Below the pieces are notes generated by a model that saw only the letters and a program-made list of their open reading frames with translations, searched no databases and had not been told where the DNA came from. The position numbers and the translations under genes were made by a program. 64,000 nucleotides of DNA from an uncultured delta proteobacterium (GTDB lineage Bacteria; Myxococcota; Myxococcia; Myxococcales; Myxococcaceae), in NCBI GenBank assembly GCA_963771175.1, contig CAVYSY010000027.1, positions 1 to 64,000 on the forward strand, written 5' to 3'. This document shows positions 52,369 to 63,956 of this stretch, piece by piece (within the stretch, counting starts at the first letter, position 1; each line of letters starts with the position of its first letter).

Positions 52369-53388
52369 TCACTTCACTCCCGAGGACTCCCGCGCCGGAG
52401 GCGACTGGAACACCCGCAGCAGGAACAGCAGCGAGGGGAGGATGAGGGCCCCGCCCACCGCGAGCGCCATCAGCAGGGCCCGCTGGGTGGCCGCGGACGC
52501 CGCCGCGCCCTGGAGGGTGAGGTCCGGCACCACCAGGAACGGGTACTGCGAGGCGGCCCACCCGGCCACGATGAGCCCCACCTGTGCCGCCGCCGCCACG
52601 CGCGCCAGCCCGAAGCGCCGGGCGAGCAGCAGCCCGAAGGCCAGCACCGCCGCCACCGCCGTCGCCGCGTGCAGCACCAGCGCGAAGGGCGAGCCCGTCA
52701 GCCCCGCCCACACCCGAGGCGCCCCCTCGCGCGCCAGCACCAGCACGCCGAAGGCCGCCAGGAACACCGCCACGCCCGCCCCCAGGGCCCGCCTCCGGAA
52801 GTCCTCTCGCAGCGCGTGCTCCTGTGTCTCCGCGGTGAGGTACACCGCCGCCAGGAAGGCGAAGAGGCACAGGGCCAGCGCGCCCACCGCCAGCGCGAAG
52901 GGCGACAGCCACGGGGAGAAGAAGCCGCTCACCACCACCTTGTCCCGCACCTGGATGTCACCGCTCACCACCGCGCCCACGCACATGCCCAGCAGCGCCG
53001 GCGACAGGACGCTCGCCACGCTGAAGACGAGCCCCCAGCGCCGCTGCACCAGGTCACCCCGCATGTCATAGGTGCGGAAGGTGAAGGCCGTGCCCCGGAA
53101 GACGATGCCCAGCAGCAGCAGCGTCAGCGGCACGTGCAGCGCCACCGACAGCACCGCGAAAGCCGGTGGGAAGGCCGAGAAGAGGATGACGATGCCGATG
53201 ATGAGCCAGACATGGTTCACCTCCCACACCGGCCCGAGTGCCTTCGCGATGAGCGCCCGCTGCTCCGCCTTGCGCGGCCCCGAGGCCAGCAGGTCCCACA
53301 CGCCGCCGCCGAAGTCCGCGCCCCCGAAGAGCGCGTAGAGGACGAAGGCGGCCACCAGCGCGCCGCCCAGCCACAGCTCAGTGCCCAT
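52369..53388 (-). CDS. cydB: Cytochrome bd oxidase subunit II
   Basis: GADFGGG, PVWEVNHVWL, LLGIVFRG. Confidence 0.93.
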   Translation of the reverse strand: MGTELWLGGALVAAFVLYALFGGADFGGGVWDLLASGPRKAEQRALIAKALGPVWEVNHVWLIIGIVILFSAFPPAFAVLSVALHVPLTLLLLGIVFRGTAFTFRTYDMRGDLVQRRWGLVFSVASVLSPALLGMCVGAVVSGDIQVRDKVVVSGFFSPWLSPFALAVGALALCLFAFLAAVYLTAETQEHALREDFRRRALGAGVAVFLAAFGVLVLAREGAPRVWAGLTGSPFALVLHAATAVAAVLAFGLLLARRFGLARVAAAAQVGLIVAGWAASQYPFLVVPDLTLQGAAASAATQRALLMALAVGGALILPSLLFLLRVFQSPPARESSGVK

Positions 53389-54703
53389 GGGCCACCTCCT
53401 CCGACTCGCGGCCCGGCAGCGTTCCCGCCACCTGCCGCACCAGGAGGAACGTCACCATCGTGCCCAGGAAGAGGTACACGAGCGAGAACGTCCAGAAGGG
53501 CACCACCAGGTTCGGCACCGGTGTCGCCGCGTTCGCCGTGCGCATCAGCCCGCGGACAATCCACGGCTGGCGCCCCCACTCGGTGACGAGCCACCCGGCC
53601 TCCATCGCCACCACCCCGAGCGGCCCGCACAGCAGCCAGCCCCACAGCACCCGCCGGCCCTCGGGCCACGCCTTGTGCCGCCAGCGCAGGAAGAGCGTCA
53701 CCACCGCCAGCAGCGCCATCGCGCTCCCCGTGCCCACCATGACCTGGAAGGCCACGTGCACCTTGGCCACCGGCGGCCACTCGTCACGCGGGAAGTCCTT
53801 CAGCCCCTTCACCTCCGCGTTCGGGTCCGCGAACGCCAGGATGGACAGCCCCTTCGGTATCTCGAGCGCGTATGGCGTGGTGCCCGTCTCCGCGTCCGGC
53901 AGCCCGCCCAGGCTCAGGGGTGCGCCCCGCTGCGTCTCGAACAGGCCCTCCGCCGCCGCCAGCTTCACCGGCTGCGTCCGCGCCACCTCCTTCGCGGACA
54001 GGTCGCCCGCCAGCGGCTGCAGCAGCGCGGTGACACACGCCAGCGGCAGCGCGATGGAGAGTGCCTTGCGGTGGAAGGCCGCCCCCGGGTGTCGCAGCAG
54101 GACGAAGGCGTGGATGCCCGCCATGGCGAAGGCGCTCGCCTGGTAGCACGCGAGCAGCGTGTGCGCCGTCTGGTGCATCCAGCCCGGGCTGAACATCGCC
54201 GCCACCGGGTCCACGTCCACCGGCCCGCCCGGCGTGGGCGTGAAGCCCGAGGGCTGGTTCATGAAGGTGTTCACCAGCGTGACGAAGAAGGCGCTCGCCG
54301 CGCCACTCAGCGCCACCATCACCCCCGAGAAGAGGTGCAGCCCCGCGGATATCCGCTCCCGCCCATACAGGTAGATGCCGAGGAACACCGCCTCGGTGAA
54401 GAAGGCCGCGCCCTCCAGCGCGAAGGGCAGCCCGATGACTTCACCGTATGTCCCCATGAAGTGGGGCCACAGCAGCCCCAATTCGAAGGACAGCGCCGTG
54501 CCGCTCACCGCGCCCACCGCGAAGAGGATGGCCGTCCCCTTCGCCAGCTTGCGGCTGAGCACCGCGTAGTCCGCGTCTCCCGTCCTCCGGGCCTTCAGGT
54601 CGCTGAGCACCATCAACAGCGGGAGCGCAATCCCCGCGGCCGCGAAGATGATGTGGAAGGCGAGGGACATCCCCATCTGGGCACGCGCGTAGAGCAGATC
54701 CAT
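53378..54703 (-). CDS. cydA: Cytochrome bd oxidase subunit I
   Basis: FHIIF, FAVGAVSG, EGAAFFTEA, QPVKLAAAEG, GWLVTEWGRQPW. Confidence 0.95.
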   Translation of the reverse strand: MDLLYARAQMGMSLAFHIIFAAAGIALPLLMVLSDLKARRTGDADYAVLSRKLAKGTAILFAVGAVSGTALSFELGLLWPHFMGTYGEVIGLPFALEGAAFFTEAVFLGIYLYGRERISAGLHLFSGVMVALSGAASAFFVTLVNTFMNQPSGFTPTPGGPVDVDPVAAMFSPGWMHQTAHTLLACYQASAFAMAGIHAFVLLRHPGAAFHRKALSIALPLACVTALLQPLAGDLSAKEVARTQPVKLAAAEGLFETQRGAPLSLGGLPDAETGTTPYALEIPKGLSILAFADPNAEVKGLKDFPRDEWPPVAKVHVAFQVMVGTGSAMALLAVVTLFLRWRHKAWPEGRRVLWGWLLCGPLGVVAMEAGWLVTEWGRQPWIVRGLMRTANAATPVPNLVVPFWTFSLVYLFLGTMVTFLLVRQVAGTLPGRESEEVAHGH

Positions 54704-54761
54704 GGCGAGCATGAATCTGCTTCATACGCTGCCCTCTCGCCATCAATTAATCTTATCAACC

Positions 54762-55292
54762 CTAGGCCTGGGCCGGGGTCTGGGTGATGCGCAACCCCAG
54801 GCGCTTCTTGCCCTCGTGGGCCTGACCGGTCTCGGAAGGGGGCACCAGCGACTTCACGGCGCTCTTCGCCATGGCCGAGGCCAGCGTGGTGGCGAAGATG
54901 AGGACGAGCTTCCGGCCGAGCTCGAAGCCGATGGGGCGCTCCTCGGCGCGGGAGGCCAACCGGTCCGGGTGCTCCCAGGCGCGCCGCAGGGCCTTCCGGC
55001 GATGCTTCCACATCAGCTCGTCGCGGTGACGCCGCCGCCACCAGGAGTAGCCCATGCCCACGACGAGCAGCCCCAGCGCGACGCCGCCCGCCTTCACCAA
55101 CAGGTCACGGTTCTGTTCGACGGCATGGCGGAACTGGTAGCGCACGTCGAACGCGCGCTCGCGGCGCCGGTCCAGCTCCTCGAGGGTGAGGAGCAGCTCG
55201 TCCCGCAGACGGTCCGCCGTCTTCTCCACCTTCTCACGGTCGCTCATGCTGGCGGTGATGGGCCCGCCACCCTTGTATTCCTGCTCGCTCAT
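54762..55292 (-). CDS. Hypothetical membrane protein
   Basis: MSEQEYK.. start overlaps the upstream stop; helical region plus one TM segment. Confidence 0.7.
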   Translation of the reverse strand: MSEQEYKGGGPITASMSDREKVEKTADRLRDELLLTLEELDRRRERAFDVRYQFRHAVEQNRDLLVKAGGVALGLLVVGMGYSWWRRRHRDELMWKHRRKALRRAWEHPDRLASRAEERPIGFELGRKLVLIFATTLASAMAKSAVKSLVPPSETGQAHEGKKRLGLRITQTPAQA

Positions 55293-55693
55293 TGCAGCGT
55301 CTCCCGGGTGCGGGTGATGTCCGTCTTCAACCGATCCTGGGTATGGGGCAGGGGCTTCTTCGGCAGCCGCTTGTAGCCCGCGAACGCCAGGCCGCCCGCC
55401 AGCAGCAGCAGGAACGCCCCCACCAGCAGCACCCCGAGCCACTCGCTCAGCGGCAGCGCCAGCCCCACCGTCACGAGGAGCGCGGCCAGGGCCATCAGCC
55501 CCAGCACGGCGCCCGCCCCCAGGAGGATGCCCGAGGTGCGCGCCACCTTCAGCTCCTCCTGTATCTCCTTCTTCGCATGGAGCACCTCGGCACGGGCCAG
55601 CAACCGCGCCTCCTCGATGGCGTGACGGATGAGCTCCGCCGTGGACAGCGACTCCAGTTGCCTGCGCTCCAGACGTTCCGATTCGTGTTCCAC
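55289..55693 (-). CDS. Phage-holin-superfamily (YqjE-like) membrane protein
   Basis: STAELI..LLARAEVLHAKKEI, two TM segments, P..TQDRLKTD. Confidence 0.78.
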   Translation of the reverse strand: MEHESERLERRQLESLSTAELIRHAIEEARLLARAEVLHAKKEIQEELKVARTSGILLGAGAVLGLMALAALLVTVGLALPLSEWLGVLLVGAFLLLLAGGLAFAGYKRLPKKPLPHTQDRLKTDITRTRETLQ

Positions 55694-55997
55694 GTCCCCG
55701 CCTCCGGCGCATCCGGCGGGCCCGCCCGGGCAGCGCCCTGGCATGTCCCGCTCTCCTCGCGGAAGGTGGGAGCGGAACGATTCCGGGGGAAGTCTGGCCG
55801 CCAGAACACAGTGATGCCCGCCCGCCCGCCCTGATTGCCCACGGAGAGCCACTCGCCCGCCCTGGAGGAGCAGACGAGCAGCCCCAGGAGCAGGGCTGCC
55901 TCCGCCCAGCTCCAACCCGTCCGAGGGAACCGCATGGGCGATCCGAGGAACTTCCCAGGGACACGAGGAGAAGACAGGAGTCCTCCCGGGCGCATGC

Positions 55998-56034
55998 TGG
56001 AAAAACCTGTCCGACAGTCGGACAGGTTTTTCCA
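55998..56034. repeat. Perfect 18-bp-arm palindrome (REP-like)
   Basis: TGGAAAAACCTGTCCGAC-A-GTCGGACAGGTTTTTCCA. Confidence 0.85.
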
Positions 56035-56089
56035 CCGCGCACCCGGAGGGGGGGTCCACCCCACGCGGAAGGACACCCTTCTCGCCGGT

Positions 56090-57157
56090 TCAGCGGCGAC
56101 GGCGCTGTTGGGCGAGCGCGGTGGCGAGCGTCTCGCGCACCTGCCGTGCCTGGAAGAGGCGGTCCGCCGCGTCCCGCAGGGTGTCCGCGTACAGCACGTT
56201 CTTGCGCAACCGCGCCGGAATGGCGGCCGTCCCCAGGTGCGCCCCCAGCAGGGCCCCCGTGCACGCCGCCGCCACGTCGGCCTCGCCCCCGCAGCGCAGC
56301 GTCATCTCCACCGCCTGCCGGAAGTCGTGCGGCACCTTCAGCGTCGCGTACAGCGCCGTGAGCAGCACCGGCACCACATGCGGAGGCAGGCCGTCCACGC
56401 CCCGGAGCTGGCTGGGCGGCACGCTCACCTTGCGCAACTGGGTCAGCGCGCGCGCCGTGTCCCACGTCAGCAGCCGGGGCAGGTGCCGCAGCTCCTCGGC
56501 CAGCTCCTTGTCATGGGCCGCGGCCGCCAGCGCCAGCTCCTCGCAGAACCCCGCCGGCGTCAGCGGCTCGTGCGTCGTCAGCCCCAGCGCCACCGCCTGG
56601 GCGAAGGCCGCCGCCGCCGCCGCGCACGTGGGATCCTTGTGCGTCAGCACCGTCAGCACGCCCGCGTCGTGGCGGATGCGCACCCGGCTCTTGCTCTCGA
56701 AGAGCCCCACCACCACCGCTCGGCTCAGCACCGAGGGACACTTCACCCCCAGCGGCGCGCCCGCGCTCATCCACGGCGTGCCCTGGGCCAGCTTCTGCAG
56801 CGCCTCGGAGAGCTGCTTGGGCGGCTGGAGGATGATGCCCTCCTGCCACAGCCACGCCAGGTGCGCCGCCGCGCTGCGCCCGTCCACCTTGTTCTCGCGG
56901 ATGACGCTCTCGGCCGCCGCCAGCATCAGCTGCGTGTCGTCCGAGAACTGGCCCTTGGCGAACTTCCCCCGAGGCCGAGGCGCGAAGTCCTCCGCCAGTC
57001 CAGGCAGGCGCGCCAGGCTCGCCGGCGGAACGCCCCGCAGCGGAAATCCGAGGGCATCCCCGATGGCGAGACCCAGGAACGCCGCATGAAACCTGTCCTG
57101 GCGTTCGGCGGGTGTCAGCGGCATGGGGAGCGGCAAGATAACCGAGCCGCGTTCCAT
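56090..57157 (-). CDS. ADP-ribosylglycohydrolase family protein
   Basis: GLAIGDALG, FSDDTQ, LTH, GALLGA; start may be ~57125. Confidence 0.85.
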   Translation of the reverse strand: MERGSVILPLPMPLTPAERQDRFHAAFLGLAIGDALGFPLRGVPPASLARLPGLAEDFAPRPRGKFAKGQFSDDTQLMLAAAESVIRENKVDGRSAAAHLAWLWQEGIILQPPKQLSEALQKLAQGTPWMSAGAPLGVKCPSVLSRAVVVGLFESKSRVRIRHDAGVLTVLTHKDPTCAAAAAAFAQAVALGLTTHEPLTPAGFCEELALAAAAHDKELAEELRHLPRLLTWDTARALTQLRKVSVPPSQLRGVDGLPPHVVPVLLTALYATLKVPHDFRQAVEMTLRCGGEADVAAACTGALLGAHLGTAAIPARLRKNVLYADTLRDAADRLFQARQVRETLATALAQQRRRR

Positions 57158-57251
57158 GGCTAGCCCCGTCTTGCATCCATGCGCACGGATCAGGCGCGCT
57201 CACGCACATGTTGGGTGAAGGGCGCTCTCCCACCACAAGGAGGGACGCGCG

Positions 57252-57509
57252 CTAGCCGTCGCGACCGAGGTTGACAACCGCCTGCAGCCTCGCCACGACC
57301 GCCTCGGCGCCCTGGTGCAGGTGCTCGCCGTCCCACAGCGAGGGCGTGGTGTGTCCACCCAATTCACGCCAGGCCGACTCCTCCTCCGGGAAGGCGACGT
57401 TGCGGAAGCGCACCCGGTCCTCCAACGCGTAGTCGACGATGTAGCGGCGCGCCACCGCCGAGGGGGGATCCGCGATGCGGTGGAAGAACTCCAGCACGGG
57501 GGAACTCAC
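57252..57509 (-). CDS. Small glutaredoxin-like protein lacking CxxC
   Basis: 85 aa; ELGGHTTPSLWDG; overlaps/abuts the nsrR end. Confidence 0.55.
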   Translation of the reverse strand: MSSPVLEFFHRIADPPSAVARRYIVDYALEDRVRFRNVAFPEEESAWRELGGHTTPSLWDGEHLHQGAEAVVARLQAVVNLGRDG

Positions 57510-57519
57510 CGGCGCCCCC

Positions 57520-57978
57520 TCACCCCGCCTCGACGTCCGGCACGGGCTTGAGGAAGTAGCTGGACAGATTGCGCGGGCTGCGGCGCAGGAGGTCCTCCAG
57601 CGTGTACTTGTCCAGCGTGGCCAGGAAGGCCCGCATCGCCTCGTTGAGCACGCCGATCAGCCCGCAGGCCGGGGCGATGGGGCAGGTGTTCGTCTTCGGA
57701 TCGAAGCACTCCACCACGTTGAAGTCCGGCTCCATGTGGCGCACCACCTGCCCCACGGAGATTTCGGACGGCGAGCGCGCCAGCACGACGCCCCCGGACC
57801 GCCCCGGCCGCACCTCCACGAAGCCGTGGCGTCCCAGTCCCTGCACCACCCGGACGAGGTGGTGCTTGGAGATGCCGTAGGCCTCGCTCACCTCGGCGGT
57901 GGAGATGACTCGATCCGGGTGGGCCGCCAGGTACAGCAGCACGCGCAGCGAGTAGTCAGCGTGAAGAGTCAGATGCAC
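57520..57978 (-). CDS. nsrR: Rrf2-family NO-sensing regulator
   Basis: DYSLRVLLYLA, ISKHHL, GRSGG, three Cys (ECF..TCPI..AC); sits in a globin operon. Confidence 0.85.
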   Translation of the reverse strand: MHLTLHADYSLRVLLYLAAHPDRVISTAEVSEAYGISKHHLVRVVQGLGRHGFVEVRPGRSGGVVLARSPSEISVGQVVRHMEPDFNVVECFDPKTNTCPIAPACGLIGVLNEAMRAFLATLDKYTLEDLLRRSPRNLSSYFLKPVPDVEAG

Positions 57979-58972
57979 GAACCGTCACTCCCGCTCCTGC
58001 CTGCGGCGGAGGAGTGCTCGGGAGGAAGGCATCCGCATGGATTTCCTTGAGCGACAGTCCGGCGAGGAAGAGCTTCTTCCTCAGGGATAGCACCAGGTCG
58101 GGGTTGCCGCACAGGAATGCCCTCCAGCCCGCCGGCCGAGGGCATTCCTCCTTGATGATGGCGTCCAGGGCCCCCACCGACACCCCCACCCGTTCCGGTC
58201 CCCGCAGGATACTCGGGCGGTACTGGAAGCAACTGTACCGGGATTGCAGCTCGCGCAGCTCCTCGACGAGGTACAGCCCGGAGGCCTCGACCGCACCGTG
58301 GAAGAGCCAGATGGGCCCGGTGTGTCCCTGGGCCAGTGCGTCCCGGACGATGCCGTACAGGGGCGCCAGACCCGTGCCCGTGCCCGCCAGCAGCAGCGGC
58401 TGCTCCGGCCGCCCCGGCACGTAGAAACACTCTCCCGCCGGTCCTTGGAGGTCCAACACGTCCCCCGGCTGGGCCTCGTCGAAGAGCCACCCGCTCATGC
58501 GGCCCCCGGGGATGCGGCGCACGTGCAGCTCCACCGTGTCCTCCCGGGACTGGCTCGCGAGCGAGTAACTCCGGGCCAGTCCGTCCGCCCGCAGCAGCGA
58601 CACGTACTGGCCGGGCCGGTACTCGAAGTGCCCATCGGGGCGCAGCCGCACGCACAGCACGCTGTCGCTCAGCGGCTCCAGCGCGGTGATGTGCGCGGGC
58701 ACCCGCAGGTCCGCTCCCGCGCTGGCCACCTCGAGCTCGTTCTCCGGACGGCACGCGCACGCGAGGAAGTACCCCTGGGCCTTGAGCGTCTCCTTCAGTC
58801 CCACCTGAGCCTTGGCCGGCACCTCGCCGCGCTCGGCGCGCATCAGACAGGACTGGCACGCCCCCGCCCGACACGAGTGCGGCACCTCCACCCCTTGCCG
58901 CAGCAGTCCGTCGAGCACCGACTCATCTTCGTCCAGCCCGTACCACTGCCCCTCGTGCTTGACCTTCGTCAT
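57956..58972 (-). CDS. 2Fe-2S ferredoxin / FAD-NAD(P)H reductase
   Basis: CRAGACQSC..C, PGQY, RSYSLAS, GTGTGLAP, FLCG. Confidence 0.9.
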   Translation of the reverse strand: MTKVKHEGQWYGLDEDESVLDGLLRQGVEVPHSCRAGACQSCLMRAERGEVPAKAQVGLKETLKAQGYFLACACRPENELEVASAGADLRVPAHITALEPLSDSVLCVRLRPDGHFEYRPGQYVSLLRADGLARSYSLASQSREDTVELHVRRIPGGRMSGWLFDEAQPGDVLDLQGPAGECFYVPGRPEQPLLLAGTGTGLAPLYGIVRDALAQGHTGPIWLFHGAVEASGLYLVEELRELQSRYSCFQYRPSILRGPERVGVSVGALDAIIKEECPRPAGWRAFLCGNPDLVLSLRKKLFLAGLSLKEIHADAFLPSTPPPQAGAGVTVRASDSSR

Positions 58973-58991
58973 GCGCGCGCCCTCCCGCTCC

Positions 58992-59381
58992 TCAGCGGTT
59001 CAGTACGTCCGCCCGCGCGCTCTCGGCGATCGCCAGCACCTGCTCCACCAGCGGCTTCGCCACGCCCAGCTCCGTCAGCGTCGCGGCCAGGTTCTCCGCC
59101 ACCGCGTTGAAGTGCGTGTCGTTCAGCCCCTGCTTCACCAGGTGCGCGTGCCCCTTGCGCATGTCCTTGCCCGAGTAGGCGCTCGGGCCCCCACACACCA
59201 TCGTCAGGAACGCCTTCTGCTTCGCCGACTGGCGCTCCATGTCCACGTCCTCGAAGAAGTGGCTGATGCGGTCGTCCGACAGCACCTTCCGATAGAAGAG
59301 CTCCACTGCCGCCGCCATCGCCGGCTCCCCACCAATCTGCTCGTACAGGCTGTTCTTCTTCTCCACGACGTTGGCGCTCAT
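58992..59381 (-). CDS. glbN: Group I truncated haemoglobin
   Basis: SLYEQIGG, FY..V..D, FF, Q..FL..GGP..YSGKDM..H, HFNAV. Confidence 0.9.
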   Translation of the reverse strand: MSANVVEKKNSLYEQIGGEPAMAAAVELFYRKVLSDDRISHFFEDVDMERQSAKQKAFLTMVCGGPSAYSGKDMRKGHAHLVKQGLNDTHFNAVAENLAATLTELGVAKPLVEQVLAIAESARADVLNR

Positions 59382-59402
59382 CTCGTTCCACTCCCCGGTT
59401 TG

Positions 59403-59446
59403 GATGCATGCAGCATGCATCTTTAAAGATGCATCCTCAATGCTCC
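59403..59446. promoter_or_regulatory. Tandem NsrR-type operator sites
   Basis: GATGCAT-N5-ATGCATC at 59403-59421; degenerate GATGCAT-N5-ATGCTCC at 59428-59446; 21 bp upstream of the globin ATG. Confidence 0.8.
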
Positions 59447-59754
59447 TTTCTGGGCGTGACGTCAAGTACACCCCGGGTTCCAGGCCGAGTGGCGAGGGAC
59501 AGGGAGCGCGAGGAGGTGCTCGCCTGGCCCGGTGCTACGGGCTCGAGAGAGCCGGAGTCGACGGAGCGGCGGGGCCGACGGCACGCCAGTTGGCGCGGCG
59601 CGTCACCTCGCGGGCATGGTGGAGCTCAGGAGCGAAGGAACGTGGGGAATCGGCCAGGGGGGCTCACGCGGGGGAGCCACTCGCGCTGGCGACAACGGGC
59701 CCGGGGACTCCGCCGTGGGGGGCGTCCACCGGGTTGAAGCGGGGGTGGGGCGAA

Positions 59755-59790
59755 CCTCTCACCCCGTCCCTCTCCCGAGCGGAAGAGGGG
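59755..59790. repeat. REP-like CCTCTCACCCCGTCCCTCTCCC..AGAGGG element
   Basis: Resembles a common intergenic repeat class; single degenerate copy here. Confidence 0.4.
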
Positions 59791-59811
59791 TGTTTCCTCG
59801 GGGGCGGGGCT

Positions 59812-60216
59812 TCAGCGCAGACCGGCGGCGCCCATGCGCGCCGTCTCGCGGCGCACCGTCGCCTGCTCGATGTCGAAGCGCACGTCGTCCGCGGACATGC
59901 CACGCAGGCGCTCCACCGCCTCCTGCATCCGCCGACGCGCGGCCTCCACGTCGATACCCGTGACCGCCTCGGCCACGTCCGCGAGCACCAGCACCTTGTC
60001 GTTGCTCACCTCGACGAAGCCGCCGGCCACGAAGTAGTTCTCGCGCCGCCCGCCCTCGATGATGGTCATCGGCCCCGGCTCCATCAGCGACAGGAACGGG
60101 GTGTGGCCCGGCCGCACGCCGAACAGACCCTTGCCACCGGGGACGATCGCCTCGTCCGCCTGCACCGACAGGATGCGCTTCTCGGGGGTCACAATCTCGA
60201 CCGTCAGCTTGGCCAT
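59812..60216 (-). CDS. atpC: ATP synthase F1 epsilon
   Basis: LTVEIVTPEK, GVRPGHTP, VAGGFVEV. Confidence 0.95.
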   Translation of the reverse strand: MAKLTVEIVTPEKRILSVQADEAIVPGGKGLFGVRPGHTPFLSLMEPGPMTIIEGGRRENYFVAGGFVEVSNDKVLVLADVAEAVTGIDVEAARRRMQEAVERLRGMSADDVRFDIEQATVRRETARMGAAGLR

Positions 60217-60243
60217 GGGGTTCCGTGCTCCCTGCGTACCGCT

Positions 60244-60783
60244 TCAGAAAACAAGCTGGTGGGACTTGCCGCCCACCGTCTCGAACTCGATGCGCCCGGC
60301 GTCCGTCAGGCGCGGGCCCTTGCCCGGAACCCCGAGCACGCCCTCCAACCACTTGAGGTGCTTCTCCATCTGCCGCACCTCCGACAACTCCCGCACGCCC
60401 ACGAAGTCCAGCAGGCGCTTCTCCTGCTCGTGCTCGCCCCGGCGGTCATACTCCACCGCCACCACCGTGTTGGCCCAGGCGGGCACCTTCCTGAACTGCT
60501 TGCCGGCCAGCTTCTTCGTCCCCTTCGGGGCCAGCGGGTACAGCACCCACACCCGCTGTCCGTCGTTGGAGACGAAGTAGAGGTCGTCCACCCCGCCCAC
60601 GCACTGGCTCAGCGTCCAGACCGGGCCGCTCTCCTTCGATACCTCCAGGGTGCACTTGTCCGGCGCGGTCTCCACCAGACGCACACTGAAGGTGCCGTTG
60701 ACGCTCACGCGCGTACGGCTGGAGCGCTCCGCGGAAGCCGGGAGCGCCAGCAACAGCACCAGGATGACGACGGAGCGAAGCAC
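60244..60783 (-). CDS. Secreted hypothetical protein within the atp operon
   Basis: Signal MLRSVVILVLLLALPASA; co-oriented between atpD and atpC. Confidence 0.78.
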   Translation of the reverse strand: MLRSVVILVLLLALPASAERSSRTRVSVNGTFSVRLVETAPDKCTLEVSKESGPVWTLSQCVGGVDDLYFVSNDGQRVWVLYPLAPKGTKKLAGKQFRKVPAWANTVVAVEYDRRGEHEQEKRLLDFVGVRELSEVRQMEKHLKWLEGVLGVPGKGPRLTDAGRIEFETVGGKSHQLVF

Positions 60784-60811
60784 GTGAAGCGACCTCCTGG
60801 CGCGGTGGCGA

Positions 60812-62314
<1,503 letters not shown>

Positions 62315-62374
62315 CTACAGGTGGGCTCCCCCCGGGGTCAAGCCTCAGGGCCTGTCGGCCAGAAGCGGAACTTC

Positions 62375-63286
62375 TTACTTCAGCGCCTCGGCGCCGGACA
62401 CGATCTCCATCAGCTCGTTCGTGATGACGGCCTGGCGCGTGCGGTTGTAGGTCAGCGACAGGCTGGCGATCATGTCCGTGGCGTTGCTGGTGGCGTTATC
62501 CATGGCGCTCATGCGCGCGCCGTGCTCGCTGGCGACGCTCTCCAGCAGGGAGCGGTACAGCTTGATGGACACCGCCTGGGGCACCAGGCGATCGAGCACG
62601 TCCTGGCGGCCCGGCTCGTACTTGAAGTCCACCAGCGACGGGGTGGGCGCCACGTCCGGAGGCGGCACCTGGCCGGCCTGGGCGGCCGTCTCGGTGCCCA
62701 CCGACAGCGTCTGCAGCGGCAGGAGCTGGGCCAGGGTCACCTTCTGGTTAATGGCGGAGAGGAACTCGTTGTAGATGACGTAGACGGCATCCACCTCGCC
62801 CTTGAGGAAACGGGCGCTCAGCTCCTCGGCCACCTGCGAGGCGTGGGGGTAGTCCAGCCGCTGGTAGAGCTGGCCGAAGTCCTTGCGCATCTTCTGGCCG
62901 CGCTGGCGGAAGAAGTCGTTGCCCTTGCGACCCACGGTGGAGATCTCCACCTCCAGGCCGCTGTTCTCATAGAGGAAGCGGCTGGCGCGCCGGATGACGT
63001 TGGAGTTGAAGCCACCGGCCAGACCGCGGTCCGACGTGAGCACCACCAGCTCCACCTTGCGCACCGGGCGGGAGGTCAGCAGCGGGTGGGCCACCTCCTC
63101 GCCGCCCGAGCGGGTCACCAGGTCGGAGATGATCTGATCCAGCATCGTCGCGTAGGGGCGAGCGGCGATGATGGCGTCCTGCGCTTTGCGGAGCTTGGCG
63201 GCGGCCACCATCTTCATCGCCTTGGTGATCTGCCGCGTGTTCTTCACCGAGCGGATGCGCTTGCGAATATCGCGAAGGGACGCCAT
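62375..63286 (-). CDS. atpG: ATP synthase F1 gamma
   Basis: [50 protein letters not shown]. Confidence 0.97.
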   Translation of the reverse strand: MASLRDIRKRIRSVKNTRQITKAMKMVAAAKLRKAQDAIIAARPYATMLDQIISDLVTRSGGEEVAHPLLTSRPVRKVELVVLTSDRGLAGGFNSNVIRRASRFLYENSGLEVEISTVGRKGNDFFRQRGQKMRKDFGQLYQRLDYPHASQVAEELSARFLKGEVDAVYVIYNEFLSAINQKVTLAQLLPLQTLSVGTETAAQAGQVPPPDVAPTPSLVDFKYEPGRQDVLDRLVPQAVSIKLYRSLLESVASEHGARMSAMDNATSNATDMIASLSLTYNRTRQAVITNELMEIVSGAEALK

Positions 63287-63533
63287 GGGGCCACCAACTC
63301 CTCTGGAAACGCGGGCTCGAGCACCCCTCCGGAAAAGGGGGACAGCCTGGACGCGGCCCCCTATATAGGCGGTATGGCGGCCGGTCAACCGTGGCCTTCC
63401 AACAAGTGGGGGGGCCCCACGATCGGGGCCCGGCATCCAGGCGGACACACTCCCCCCTCCCCCAGGATGCGGACCAGGACCCCGGGTCATAGCCTTCCAG
63501 GGCAGGTCCCACCTCAGGTTGGAGGTCCTGACC

Positions 63534-63956
63534 ATGGCCACCTTGCGCGGCCCGGTCCTCATCGTGGAAGACGACCCGGATATCCGCGAGTCGCTCCAGC
63601 AGCTCCTGGAGCTCCACGGACATCTGGTGCGGGTGGCGAGCCAGGGCAAGGAGGCCCTGGTGATGATGGGGCGCTCGCCCCGGCCGGCGGTGGTGGTCCT
63701 GGACATGACCCTGCCGGTGATGGACGGCCACAGGCTGCTCACCACCCGGAAGGCGGACGAGGCCCTGCGCGCCATCCCCGTCATCATCCTCTCGGCGGGC
63801 ATGGCGGGGATGAGCGCGAGGGATCGGGCCCTGTACGCGTCCAACTATGGGGTGGCCGCCTTCCTGAGCAAGCCGGCGGAGCCGCGGCAGCTCCTGGAGA
63901 TGGTGGAACGGCACGGAATCAGGGCCGAGGATCCCACCGCTGGTGTCCCTGTGTGA
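63534..63956 (+). CDS. Single-domain response regulator
   Basis: [21 protein letters not shown]. Confidence 0.9.
   Translation: MATLRGPVLIVEDDPDIRESLQQLLELHGHLVRVASQGKEALVMMGRSPRPAVVVLDMTLPVMDGHRLLTTRKADEALRAIPVIILSAGMAGMSARDRALYASNYGVAAFLSKPAEPRQLLEMVERHGIRAEDPTAGVPV

Noticed and set aside
54741..54760. FNR box upstream of cydA
   Set aside because: TTGAT half-sites are present, but the spacing does not fit TTGAT-N4-ATCAA.
55289..55693. Prophage inferred from the holin-family gene
   Set aside because: No phage genes are nearby, and this family is commonly chromosomal.
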